Shown: positions 34,377 to 43,339 of the stretch, piece after piece
Layout: each line of letters opens with the position of its first letter
Position numbering within the stretch: position 1 is the first letter of the stretch
From: Paracoccaceae bacterium
Lineage (GTDB): Bacteria > Pseudomonadota > Alphaproteobacteria > Rhodobacterales > Rhodobacteraceae
DNA length: 50,379 bases
Direction of reading: 5' to 3'
Assembly: GCA_003550665.1 (NCBI GenBank)
Contig: PUKW01000349.1
Coordinates: forward strand, 1-50,379
Position numbers and translations under genes: made by a program
Notes under the pieces: generated by a model
Told to the model about the DNA's origin: nothing
The model's database searches: none
Seen by the model: only the letters and a program-made list of their open reading frames with translations

Positions 34377-36023
34377 ATGACCGGCAGGGCGCATCGCGGC
34401 ACCCGCATCCATCCCGCCGCACGGCGCGACGCCGCCGCATGCCGCGCCGGCCGGCTCGACCGGCGCGAATTTCTCACCCGCGCGACGGCGCTCGGTGTCG
34501 CGCCGGGGACGGCCTACGCGCTAGGCGCGGCGCGCGCGCGTGCGAGCGATCACGCGGCCGGCCGGCATGGCGGCACCCTGCGTATCCAGATGAGCCTGCG
34601 CAGGATGAGGGAGCCGCGGCTTTTCGACTGGCCCGAAACCGCCAATTTCTGCCGCGGCTGGCTGGAATACCTCGTCGAATACAACCGCGACGGCACGCTG
34701 CGCGGCATGCTGCTCGAGGACTGGGACGCCAGCGACGACGCGACCGAATACATCCTGCACCTGCGCCGGGGGGTGCGCTGGAACAACGGCGATCGGTTCC
34801 TCGCCGAGGATGTGGTGCACAATTTCGAGCTGTGGTGCGATGAGAGCGTCGCCGGCAACTCGATGGCCAGCCGCATGACCCCGCTGATCGACCCGGCGAC
34901 CGGGCTGCTGCGCGCGGGCGCGGTCACAATCGTCGACGATCACACCGTGCGGCTGCGGCTGTCGGCGCCATCGGTCGCGATCATCGCCGACATCTCCGAC
35001 TATCCCGCCGCGGTGGTGCATCGCTCCTTTGCCGGCGGCGACCCGGTCGAAACGCCGCTCGGCACCGGCCCGTATCTGCCGGAGGCCTACGAGGCGGGCC
35101 TGCGCGGCACGCTGGTGCGCAACGAGGACCACGACTGGTGGGGCGGCGACGCGGGAGCCTATCTCGACCGTATCGAGTTCGTCGATCTCGGCACCGATCC
35201 GTCGAGCTGGTTCGCCGCGGCCGAGGCCGACGAGATCGACCTCGTCTATCAGACCACCGGCGATTTCATCGAGCTGTTCAACGGCATAGACATGGTCGAG
35301 TCGCGCACCGCCACCGCCGCGACGCTCGCCGTGCGCTTCAATCAGGCCGCCGAGCCCTATGACAATGTCGATGTGCGCCGCGCGCTGCAGATGGCGGTGG
35401 ACAATACCGTGGTGCTCGAGCTGGGCTATGACGACCGCGGCACGGTCGGCGAGAATCATCACGTCGCGCCGCTGCATCCCGAATACGCCGATATCGGCCC
35501 GCCCGAGCACGATCCTGATGGGGCGCGCGCGCTGCTGGAGGCGGCCGGATACGCCGATCACGCGTTCGAACTGATCTCGATCGACGATTCCTGGCAGTCG
35601 GCCAGTTGCGACGCCGTTGCCGCGCAGCTGCGCGACGCCGGGATCTCGGTGACGCGCGCGATCCTGCCCGGCGCGGCCTTCTGGAACGAGTGGATGGCCT
35701 ACCCCTTCTCGGCAACGGAATGGAACATGCGCCCGCTCGGGGTGCAGGTGCTAACGCTGGGCTACCGCTCCGGCGCCGCGTGGAACGAGACGGGCTTTTC
35801 CAATGCCGAATTCGACGCGCTCCTGGCCGAGGCCAACGCGCTCGCCGATGCCGATGAGCGGCGCGGGGTGATGGCCCGGCTGCAGGAGATCCTGCGCGAG
35901 GAGGGCGTGCTGATCCAGCCCTACTGGCGCTCGATCTTCCGCCACCACCGCCCGCATGTTCAAAACGCCGCCATGCATCCGACCTTCGAGATGCATCTCT
36001 ACAAGTATTGGGTGGACGGCTGA
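34377..36023 (+). CDS. ABC transporter substrate-binding protein, family 5 (Dpp/Opp-like), Tat-exported
   Basis: DRREFL Tat motif, [37 protein letters not shown]. The start codon is uncertain. Confidence 0.92.
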   Translation: MTGRAHRGTRIHPAARRDAAACRAGRLDRREFLTRATALGVAPGTAYALGAARARASDHAAGRHGGTLRIQMSLRRMREPRLFDWPETANFCRGWLEYLVEYNRDGTLRGMLLEDWDASDDATEYILHLRRGVRWNNGDRFLAEDVVHNFELWCDESVAGNSMASRMTPLIDPATGLLRAGAVTIVDDHTVRLRLSAPSVAIIADISDYPAAVVHRSFAGGDPVETPLGTGPYLPEAYEAGLRGTLVRNEDHDWWGGDAGAYLDRIEFVDLGTDPSSWFAAAEADEIDLVYQTTGDFIELFNGIDMVESRTATAATLAVRFNQAAEPYDNVDVRRALQMAVDNTVVLELGYDDRGTVGENHHVAPLHPEYADIGPPEHDPDGARALLEAAGYADHAFELISIDDSWQSASCDAVAAQLRDAGISVTRAILPGAAFWNEWMAYPFSATEWNMRPLGVQVLTLGYRSGAAWNETGFSNAEFDALLAEANALADADERRGVMARLQEILREEGVLIQPYWRSIFRHHRPHVQNAAMHPTFEMHLYKYWVDG

Positions 36024-36096
36024 GCCCGGCGCGGGCCGCGGGCGGGCCGATCGCGCCGGCTGACCGCCGCCACGGACCGGCCATGGCGGGGGATCG

Positions 36097-37182
36097 ATGC
36101 TGAGCTTCGTGATCCGGCGCCTGGCGACGCTGCTTGTGACGGCGCTGTGCCTGACCTTCCTGGTGTTCCTGCTCACCAACATGCAGCCGCGGCTCGAGAC
36201 CCTCGCCAAGACGCAGGGCTCGGCGCGCATGTCGGATGCGGAGGTGCAGAGCTGGCTGGTGCGCGAGGGTTTTGACCGCCCAATCATCGAGCGCTACGGC
36301 GAATGGCTCGGCGTGGTGCCCGGCTGGACCCGCGAGCAGACCGACGGGACGATGCGCGGGCGCTGCATCGACCGCGTCGCCGACCCCGCCGAGGCCGACA
36401 CCCGTTGCGGCGTCCTGCAGGGCTACTGGGGCAGCTCGACGCGCTTTCAGGCCGAGGTGGGCGACGTGATCGCGGCGCGGCTCGGGGCCACGGGCATGCT
36501 GATGCTGTGGGTGGTGATCGTGATGGTGCCCTCGGCGCTGGCGGTCGGGGTGCTTGCGGGGATGCGCGAGGGCTCGCGCACCGACCGCTCGCTCTCGACG
36601 GTGTCGATCGTGTCCGCGGCGACGCCTGAGTATGTCTCGGGGGTGATCTTCATCGCGCTCTTTGCCTCCTCGACCTTCGGGATCTCGCCGCTTCTGCGCG
36701 AATGGGGGTTGATGGAGGCCAACATCCTGTTTCTGGGCAATGCGCGCAGCGCCATGGACCAGATCACCTTCTGGAACTTCGCCCTGCCGGTGATGACCAT
36801 CGCGTTTTACGGCATGGGTTACATCGCGCGCATGACCCGCGCCTCGATGGCCGAGGTGATGACGCAGCAATACATCCGCACCGCGCGGCTCAAGGGGGTG
36901 AGCTTTCCCGCCGTCGTGCTCAGGCACGCGCTGCGCAATGCGCTGATCGCGCCCTTCACGGTGATCATGCTGCAGTTTCCCTGGCTTCTCAACGGGGTGG
37001 TGATTGTGGAGGTGCTGTTCAGCTATCCGGGCTTTGGCTGGGCGCTCGTCGAGGGGGCGAGCAACAACGACATCGAGCTTCTGCTCGCCTGCTCGGTGGT
37101 CGCGGTCGTGGTGGTGCTCATCACGCAGCTCATCTCGGATATCGGCTATGTCTATCTCAATCCGCGCATCCGGATCAGCTGA
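36097..37182 (+). CDS. ABC transporter permease (DppB/OppB-like)
   Basis: RMTRASMAEVM...YIRTARLKG EAA loop, HALRNA, VEVLFSYPG, LNPRIR. Confidence 0.94.
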   Translation: MLSFVIRRLATLLVTALCLTFLVFLLTNMQPRLETLAKTQGSARMSDAEVQSWLVREGFDRPIIERYGEWLGVVPGWTREQTDGTMRGRCIDRVADPAEADTRCGVLQGYWGSSTRFQAEVGDVIAARLGATGMLMLWVVIVMVPSALAVGVLAGMREGSRTDRSLSTVSIVSAATPEYVSGVIFIALFASSTFGISPLLREWGLMEANILFLGNARSAMDQITFWNFALPVMTIAFYGMGYIARMTRASMAEVMTQQYIRTARLKGVSFPAVVLRHALRNALIAPFTVIMLQFPWLLNGVVIVEVLFSYPGFGWALVEGASNNDIELLLACSVVAVVVVLITQLISDIGYVYLNPRIRIS

Positions 37183-37191
37183 GGCCCGCGC

Positions 37192-38538
37192 ATGAGCATC
37201 CCCCTGGTCTGGATCGTCGCCGCCTTTGCCGCCTGTCTAGCGGTCGCCGTGATGACGCGCGGCACGCGCGGGGCGGTGCGCGGGCTGGGTCGCGCGGCGC
37301 TGGCGGGCGCGGGCGCGCTCGGGGCGTGGCTGCTGGTGGACGGGGTCATCATCCACGGCCTTGCCGCCGATCCCGATATCGCCCAGCTCGCATGGGGCCA
37401 GATGGCGGGGCGGATGATCGCGCAGTTCTGGCCGGTCTGGGCGGCGCTCGCGCTCACCTTCGCGCTGTCGCTCGCCTACCGGCGCCGGCTCGGCCTCTAC
37501 GGCAAGCTGTTCGGCAGTAGCATCGGCATGATCGGCTTTGCGCTGGTGATGTTCTGGATCTTCACCGCGCTGTTTGCCGATCTCATCGCCACGCATGACG
37601 CCATCGCGCAGGTCTCGGGGATGCGCAACGCGCCGCCGGGCACGCCCCTGCCCGATCCGGGCGCGCGCTATGAATTCTTCCTGCTCGGCGGGGATGCCCA
37701 GGCGCGCGACGTGTTCTCGCGCATGGTGATGGGCGCGCGCGACGTGCTCGCCATCGCCCCGGCGGCAACGGCCTTCGCCTTCATGGTGGGGATCACGCTC
37801 GGCCTGCCGGCGGGGTATTATGGCGGCCGTTTCGACACCGCGCTGACCTTCGTGTCGAACCTCGTGCTCGCCTTTCCGGTGATCCTGCTGTTCTATCTGC
37901 TGGTGACCCCCGACATCGTGGCGACGGGGCTGCCGATGTGGATGGCGGCGGTGCTGTTCCTGTTTCCGGTCATCTTTCTGTCAGTGCTGTGGAACAGCCG
38001 GTATTTCACGCATCCGCTGCGGCGCAATATCTATGTCGGGCTCACACTGGTCATCGGGCTGTGGATCTATTCCGGGCTCGCCTTCAATGCCGATCCGCTG
38101 GGGGTGTGGGGGATGTCGCCCAACATGCTCAACGTCTTCGTCGCGGTGGTGTTCGTCAACGCGCCCACGGTGTTTCGCATCGTGCGCGGGCTGACGCTCG
38201 ACATCAAGAGCCGCGACTATGTCGCCGCCGGGCAGACCCGTGGCGAGCGGCCCTCCTATCTGATGCTGTGGGAGATCCTGCCCAATGCGCGCGGCCCGCT
38301 GATCGTCGATTTCTGCCTGCGTATCGGCTACACGACGATCCTTCTGGGCACGCTGGGCTTTTTCGGCCTCGGCGTGTCGCCGGAATCACCCGACTGGGGC
38401 TCGACGATCAACCAGGGACGCCAGCTTCTGACGGTGTATCCCCACGCCGCGCTGACCCCCGCTATCGCGCTGATGAGCCTCGTGCTGGGGCTCAACCTGC
38501 TTGCCGACGGGTTGCGCGAGGAAAGCCTGAGGGATTGA
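37192..38538 (+). CDS. ABC transporter permease (DppC/OppC-like) with extra N-terminal TM segments
   Basis: LLGGDAQARDVFSR, DYVAAGQTRGE, EILPN, PDWG, NLLADGLRE. Confidence 0.94.
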   Translation: MSIPLVWIVAAFAACLAVAVMTRGTRGAVRGLGRAALAGAGALGAWLLVDGVIIHGLAADPDIAQLAWGQMAGRMIAQFWPVWAALALTFALSLAYRRRLGLYGKLFGSSIGMIGFALVMFWIFTALFADLIATHDAIAQVSGMRNAPPGTPLPDPGARYEFFLLGGDAQARDVFSRMVMGARDVLAIAPAATAFAFMVGITLGLPAGYYGGRFDTALTFVSNLVLAFPVILLFYLLVTPDIVATGLPMWMAAVLFLFPVIFLSVLWNSRYFTHPLRRNIYVGLTLVIGLWIYSGLAFNADPLGVWGMSPNMLNVFVAVVFVNAPTVFRIVRGLTLDIKSRDYVAAGQTRGERPSYLMLWEILPNARGPLIVDFCLRIGYTTILLGTLGFFGLGVSPESPDWGSTINQGRQLLTVYPHAALTPAIALMSLVLGLNLLADGLREESLRD

Positions 38539-38548
38539 GGGAACGCCG

Positions 38549-40633
38549 ATGACCGACAAGCATGACAGCCCGATCCTCGAGATCGACACCCTCTCGATCT
38601 CCTTCTTCACCCGCGCGGGGGAGATCCCGGCGGTGATGGACTTCTCGGCCGCGGTGCGGCCGGGCGAGGCGATGGGGCTCGTGGGCGAGTCGGGCTGCGG
38701 CAAGTCCACCGTGGCGCTCGGGGTGATGCAGGATCTCGGCGTGAACGGGCGCGTCACCGGCGGTACCATCCGGTTCAAGGGCCGCGACCTCGCGGCGATG
38801 TCCGCCGCCGAGCTGCAGAAGATCCGCGGCCGCGAGATCGCGATGATCTATCAGGAACCGATGGCGAGCCTGAACCCCGCGATGCGGGTGGGGCGCCAGC
38901 TCGCGGAGGTGCCGATGCTGCATGAGGGCGCGTCGAAAGCCGACGCGACGGCGCGCGCGCGCCGGGTGGTCGCCGATGTGCGGCTGCCCGACCCAGACCG
39001 TATCCTGCAGGCCTACCCGCACCAGCTTTCGGGCGGCCAGCAGCAGCGCATCGTCATCGCGATGGCGCTGATGGCCAAGCCGTCGCTGCTGATCCTCGAT
39101 GAGCCGACCACCGCGCTCGACGTCACCGTCGAGGCCGGGATCATCCGGCTGGTCAAGGATCTGGGCCGCGAATACGGCACCTCGATGCTGTTCATCAGCC
39201 ACAATCTCGGGTTGATCCTTGAGACATGCGACCGCATCTGCGTGATGTATTCCGGCGAGGCGGTGGAGACCGGCGCGATCAGGCAGGTCTTCCGCTCGAT
39301 GCGCCACCCCTACACGCAGGCACTGTTTCGCTCCATCCCGCTGCCCGGCGCGGACAAGAACGAGCGCCCGCTCAAGACGATACCGGGCAACTTTCCGCTG
39401 CCGTATGAGCGCCCCGCGGGCTGCAATTTCGGCCCGCGCTGCGACTATTTCCGGCCCGGGCTGTGCGATGCGCGCGACGTGCCGATGGAGACGATCCCGC
39501 GCTCGGACGCGCATGCCACGCGTTGCCTGCGCCACCGCGAGATCGACTGGGACGCCGTGCCCGATGCCGGGGTTCGCCACGACCCGACGCCGATCGGCGA
39601 CGTCGTGCTACGCATGGAGGATGTCAGGAAATATTACGAGGTCGCGGCGCATGCGCTCTTTGGCGGCGGCGCCACGCGCGTCGTCAAGGCCAACGAGTCG
39701 CTCAGCTTCGAGGCGCGCGAGAGCGAGACACTGGCCATCGTGGGCGAGTCGGGCTGCGGCAAGTCCACCTTCGCCAAGGTGCTGATGGGGCTGGAGACGG
39801 CGAGTTCGGGCAAGGTGCTGCTCAATAACCGCGAGATCCAGGATACGCCCGTGCAGGCGCGCGACCGGCAGACAGTCGCGCAGATGCAGATGGTGTTCCA
39901 GAACCCGTTCGACACGCTCAACCCCTCGATGACGGTGGGCCGGCAGATCACCCGCGCGCTGGAAATCCTGGGCGCGGGAATGTCCGAGCGCGCGCGCCGC
40001 GACAGGATGCTCGCCCTGCTCGATCTGGTGAAGCTGCCGCGCGAATTCGCGGACCGGATGCCGCGCCAGCTCTCGGGCGGGCAGAAGCAGCGCGTGGGCA
40101 TCGCGCGCGCCTTCGCGGGCGGCGCGAATGTCGTTGTCGCCGACGAGCCGGTCTCGGCGCTCGACGTGTCGGTGCAGGCGGCGGTGACCGACCTGCTCAT
40201 GGAGATCCAGCGCGCGAACCACACCACGCTTCTGTTCATCAGCCACGATCTGTCGATCGTGCGCTATCTCGCGGACCGGGTGCTGGTGATGTATCTCGGC
40301 CATGTCGTCGAGATCGGCACCACCGGGCAGGTATTCGCGCCCCCCTATCACCCCTATACCGAGGCGCTCCTGTCCGCGGTGCCCATTGCCGACCCCAGCG
40401 TCGAGAAGACCGAGATCGTGCTCGAGGGCGACATCCCCTCGGCGATGGACCCGCCGCCGGGCTGCCCGTTCCAGACGCGCTGTCACTGGAAGGCCGAAGT
40501 CCCCGGCGATCTGTGCGAGCGCGAGGTCCCGCCGATGCGCGACATGGGCGGCGGCCATCAGCTCAAATGCCACCTCGCCGAGGCGCAGCTGCGCCGGATG
40601 GTGCCGGTGTTCCGGCTCGCGGCGGCCGAGTAG
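38549..40633 (+). CDS. ABC transporter ATP-binding protein, fused double NBD (DppD/F-like)
   Basis: Two GESGCGKST Walker A motifs, two LSGGQ signatures, DEP Walker B, HPYT, Cys-rich oligo_HPY tails. Confidence 0.96.
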   Translation: MTDKHDSPILEIDTLSISFFTRAGEIPAVMDFSAAVRPGEAMGLVGESGCGKSTVALGVMQDLGVNGRVTGGTIRFKGRDLAAMSAAELQKIRGREIAMIYQEPMASLNPAMRVGRQLAEVPMLHEGASKADATARARRVVADVRLPDPDRILQAYPHQLSGGQQQRIVIAMALMAKPSLLILDEPTTALDVTVEAGIIRLVKDLGREYGTSMLFISHNLGLILETCDRICVMYSGEAVETGAIRQVFRSMRHPYTQALFRSIPLPGADKNERPLKTIPGNFPLPYERPAGCNFGPRCDYFRPGLCDARDVPMETIPRSDAHATRCLRHREIDWDAVPDAGVRHDPTPIGDVVLRMEDVRKYYEVAAHALFGGGATRVVKANESLSFEARESETLAIVGESGCGKSTFAKVLMGLETASSGKVLLNNREIQDTPVQARDRQTVAQMQMVFQNPFDTLNPSMTVGRQITRALEILGAGMSERARRDRMLALLDLVKLPREFADRMPRQLSGGQKQRVGIARAFAGGANVVVADEPVSALDVSVQAAVTDLLMEIQRANHTTLLFISHDLSIVRYLADRVLVMYLGHVVEIGTTGQVFAPPYHPYTEALLSAVPIADPSVEKTEIVLEGDIPSAMDPPPGCPFQTRCHWKAEVPGDLCEREVPPMRDMGGGHQLKCHLAEAQLRRMVPVFRLAAAE

Positions 40634-40700
40634 CGGATGGCTCGACAGGCGCGCGGGGCCGGCGTATGCTGCGCCGCAGCGTCATCCATGGAGAGCCGCC

Positions 40701-41063
40701 ATGCCCCGCCCCGCCGCAATGACCGCCAGCCCCGCCCACTTCACCGCCCCGCTCGGCGGCGCCGTCAGCCAATGGTTCCAGTTCTGGGCCGGATGGTTCG
40801 AGAATGTCGGCCAGATCGGGCTGATCAACATCGAGCTCGGCCATACCGCGAACCCCGCGCTCGAACAGAAGATCCTTTCCGAGGTCGCGAGCTATGGCCG
40901 CCAGCTCGGCCGGATCTCCGAGGCGCTCGAGGTGCTGCTCGACCGCAACGAGGCCGCCGGGGTGCTGGACCCCGCCAAGCTCGACCCCGCCGATCGGCGC
41001 ACGCTCGAGGAATTCCGCAGCCTGCTGTCCGAGATCAAGCGCGTGAAGGGCCGCGACGGCTGA
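40701..41063 (+). CDS. Hypothetical protein (120 aa)
   Basis: GGAGAG RBS, host-like GC3 codon bias, natural-looking sequence GQIGLINIELG...EVASYGRQLGRISEALEVLL. Alternative start at ATG 40719. Confidence 0.72.
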   Translation: MPRPAAMTASPAHFTAPLGGAVSQWFQFWAGWFENVGQIGLINIELGHTANPALEQKILSEVASYGRQLGRISEALEVLLDRNEAAGVLDPAKLDPADRRTLEEFRSLLSEIKRVKGRDG

Positions 41064-41112
41064 GCCATCGCCGCGACCTGCACCGCGGTCAGCTCAACCC
41101 CGGCGCAGAGCG

Positions 41113-41280
41113 GGAATTTTCGAGATGTGCGGGATCGACCGCACGGGCGGCTGCATTGTTGTCGTGCGGCCCGACCAATACGTTGCCGCGATCCTGCGGC
41201 TGGACGAATTCGCCGCGCTCGCCGCGTTCTTCGATCGCTTCATGCTCGCCCCGAAAGCGGCCGGCGGCGCGGCGCAATGA
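41113..41280 (+). pseudogene. C-terminal remnant of a phenol 2-monooxygenase / 3-hydroxybenzoate hydroxylase-type FAD monooxygenase
   Basis: Frame reads GIFEMCGIDRTGGCIVVVRPDQYVAAILRLDEFAALAAFFDRFML..*. VVVRPDQYV is the characteristic C-terminal motif of this family; no catalytic domain lies upstream. Confidence 0.75.
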
Positions 41281-41295
41281 CGGGCGGCGATCCGC

Positions 41296-41787
41296 TCAGG
41301 CGAACTTCGCGCGCAGCGCCGCGTCGACGGCGGGCGGAACGAAGCGCGAGACATCGCCGCCAAGGCGCGCGATCTCCTTGACGAGCTTGGAGGCAATGGC
41401 CTGGTGGCGCACCTCCGCCATCAGGAACACCATCTCGATGCGCGAATCGAGCGCACGATTCATCCCGACCATCTGGAATTCGTATTCGAAGTCCGTCACC
41501 GCGCGCAGCCCGCGAATGATGATCTGCGCGCCGACCTCATGCGCGGTCGTGATCAGCAGATTATCGAAGGGGCGGGCGATGATCTCGGTTCCGGTCTGCT
41601 CGGAGAGCGTGACGCACTCCGCCTCGATCATCGCCACGCGCTCCTCGACCGAAAACAGCGGCCCCTTGTCGCGATTCACCGCCACGCCGATATAGAGGCG
41701 GTCAACGAGCGCACAGGCGCGTGTGATGATATCGGCATGCCCCAGGGTGATGGGGTCGAAGGTGCCGGGGTATAATCCGGTGCGCAT
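41296..41787 (-). CDS. coaD: Phosphopantetheine adenylyltransferase
   Basis: YPGTFDPITLGH, IRGLRAVTDFEYE, IASKLVKEIA. Confidence 0.98.
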   Translation of the reverse strand: MRTGLYPGTFDPITLGHADIITRACALVDRLYIGVAVNRDKGPLFSVEERVAMIEAECVTLSEQTGTEIIARPFDNLLITTAHEVGAQIIIRGLRAVTDFEYEFQMVGMNRALDSRIEMVFLMAEVRHQAIASKLVKEIARLGGDVSRFVPPAVDAALRAKFA

Positions 41788-41853
41788 CGGCGGGCTCGCT
41801 GTTGTTCAAGCGAAAGCAACAAGATTGCGCCACCGATTGCAAGGGGCCGCGGC

Positions 41854-42294
41854 TCAGTAACCGGCGATCAGCCCCTGAAGCGCGTCCTTCTCCATCGAAA
41901 GCTCCGAAAGCCGCGCCTTGACCACGTCACCGATGGAGATGAGGCCGATCATCACGCCATCGCGCATCACCGGCAGGTGGCGAAAGCGCCCGTCAGTCAT
42001 CGCGGTGAGTATCTGATCCGCCTTGTCGCTCGGGCTGCAGGTGACGATGTCGCGGGTCATCATATCGGCCACGGTCCATTTCAGGCAGCCATCGCCCGAC
42101 TTGCCGATCTCGCGCACGATATCGCGCTCCGACAGGATACCCTCCACGGCCTTGCCGTCGGGCGACACGACGAGCGCCCCGATGCGCAGCCGCGACAGCA
42201 TCGCGGCGGCGTCGGCCACGGTCTTGCCGGGCTCGATGGTGGCGACGTCGGATGCGTCCGCATCCTTAATTCTCAGAATCTGCTGCACCAGCAT
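41854..42294 (-). CDS. CBS domain pair protein
   Basis: RIGALVV, GILSERDIV, MTDGRFRHLPV, GLISIGDVVK; GGAGG RBS. Confidence 0.94.
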   Translation of the reverse strand: MLVQQILRIKDADASDVATIEPGKTVADAAAMLSRLRIGALVVSPDGKAVEGILSERDIVREIGKSGDGCLKWTVADMMTRDIVTCSPSDKADQILTAMTDGRFRHLPVMRDGVMIGLISIGDVVKARLSELSMEKDALQGLIAGY

Positions 42295-42318
42295 GGCGGT
42301 TCCTCCACAACGTTCGAA

Positions 42319-42347
42319 AGTTTCCGGCAGCACCCCCCGGCTGTCAA
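42319..42347 (-). promoter_or_regulatory. Putative sigma70 promoter of the CBS gene
   Basis: Minus strand TTGACA-N17-GAAACT; the -35 overlaps the LysR stop codon. Confidence 0.45.
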
Positions 42348-43240
42348 GCGCCGCCGTCACTCTTCGCGAGTTCGTGCCGCACACCGCGCAGCAGCGCCGC
42401 CGCGAATCGGTTGAGCCGGTCCACGCGGCGGTCATCGGCGTGGCGCACCAGGTAGAAGCTGCGCCGCAGCATGACGTCCTCTGGCAGCAGATGGACGAGC
42501 TCCGGCGCCGCCGGCATCGCGAAATCATGCACGATCGCGACCCCGGCGCCGCGGCGCGCGAGGTTGAGCTGCACCGCGACGGAGTTCGAGGCCAGCGCCG
42601 GCGCCTGCACGCCGATCTCGGCGAGGTAGTCGAGCTCGGAGTCGAATATCATGTCGGGGATGTAGCCGATGATGCGCTTGCCGCGCAGGTCGGCGCGGCA
42701 CGCGACGGGGCCGTGGCGGTCGAGCCAGTCGCGCGAGGCGGCGAGATGCAGCCGGTAATCGGCCAGTTTCTGCACCGTGAGCCGCCCGGTCTCGGGGCGA
42801 GAGACGGCGATGGCCATGTCGGCCTCGCGCTTCGAGAGGTTGACGACGCGCGGCAGCGCGACGATCTGCACCTCGAGGCCGGGATGGGAATCGCAGATCC
42901 CCGCGATCACCTGCGGCAGCAGGAAGTTGGCGCAACCATCGGGAGCGCCGATGCGGATCGTGCCGGTAAGCTGCCCGCCCGGCCCCGCGACCGCGTCGCG
43001 CGCGCCCGACACCGCCGCCTCGGCGCGCGCGGCGTGCTCCATCAGCCGCACGCCCTCCTCGGTGAGCGCATAGCCCTGCGGCGAGCGCAGGAACAGCCGC
43101 GCGCCCAGCCCCTCCTCGAGCCGGGTCACACGCCGGCTCACCGTGGCCGGGTCGAGCCGCAGCGCCCGCCCCGCCGCGGACAGGCTCTCGGCGCGCGCCA
43201 CACTGAGGAAAATGCGCAGACCATCCCAATCCGCCGCCAT
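42344..43240 (-). CDS. LysR family transcriptional regulator, divergent from the mms operon
   Basis: DWDGLRIFLSVARAESLSAAGRAL...TVSRRV..LE HTH; NLSKREADMAI substrate domain. Confidence 0.95.
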   Translation of the reverse strand: MAADWDGLRIFLSVARAESLSAAGRALRLDPATVSRRVTRLEEGLGARLFLRSPQGYALTEEGVRLMEHAARAEAAVSGARDAVAGPGGQLTGTIRIGAPDGCANFLLPQVIAGICDSHPGLEVQIVALPRVVNLSKREADMAIAVSRPETGRLTVQKLADYRLHLAASRDWLDRHGPVACRADLRGKRIIGYIPDMIFDSELDYLAEIGVQAPALASNSVAVQLNLARRGAGVAIVHDFAMPAAPELVHLLPEDVMLRRSFYLVRHADDRRVDRLNRFAAALLRGVRHELAKSDGGA

Positions 43241-43253
43241 GTCCGCTCCTGAA

Positions 43254-43277
43254 TTTACGCAAAACGCTTTTGGCAAA
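43254..43277. promoter_or_regulatory. Candidate LysR binding palindrome
   Basis: TTTACG-CAAAA-CGC-TTTTG-GCAAA dyad between the divergent lysR and mmsA genes. Confidence 0.5.
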
Positions 43278-43339
43278 CTGCCTCTTTCGCGGCCATTGGC
43301 GCAAGCCTATCCTGCGGTCGCACCCACGAGGAGGACTCC

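Noticed and set aside
41089-41277. 62-aa minus-strand ORF downstream of coaD
   Set aside because: It is the antisense shadow of the monooxygenase remnant on the plus strand.
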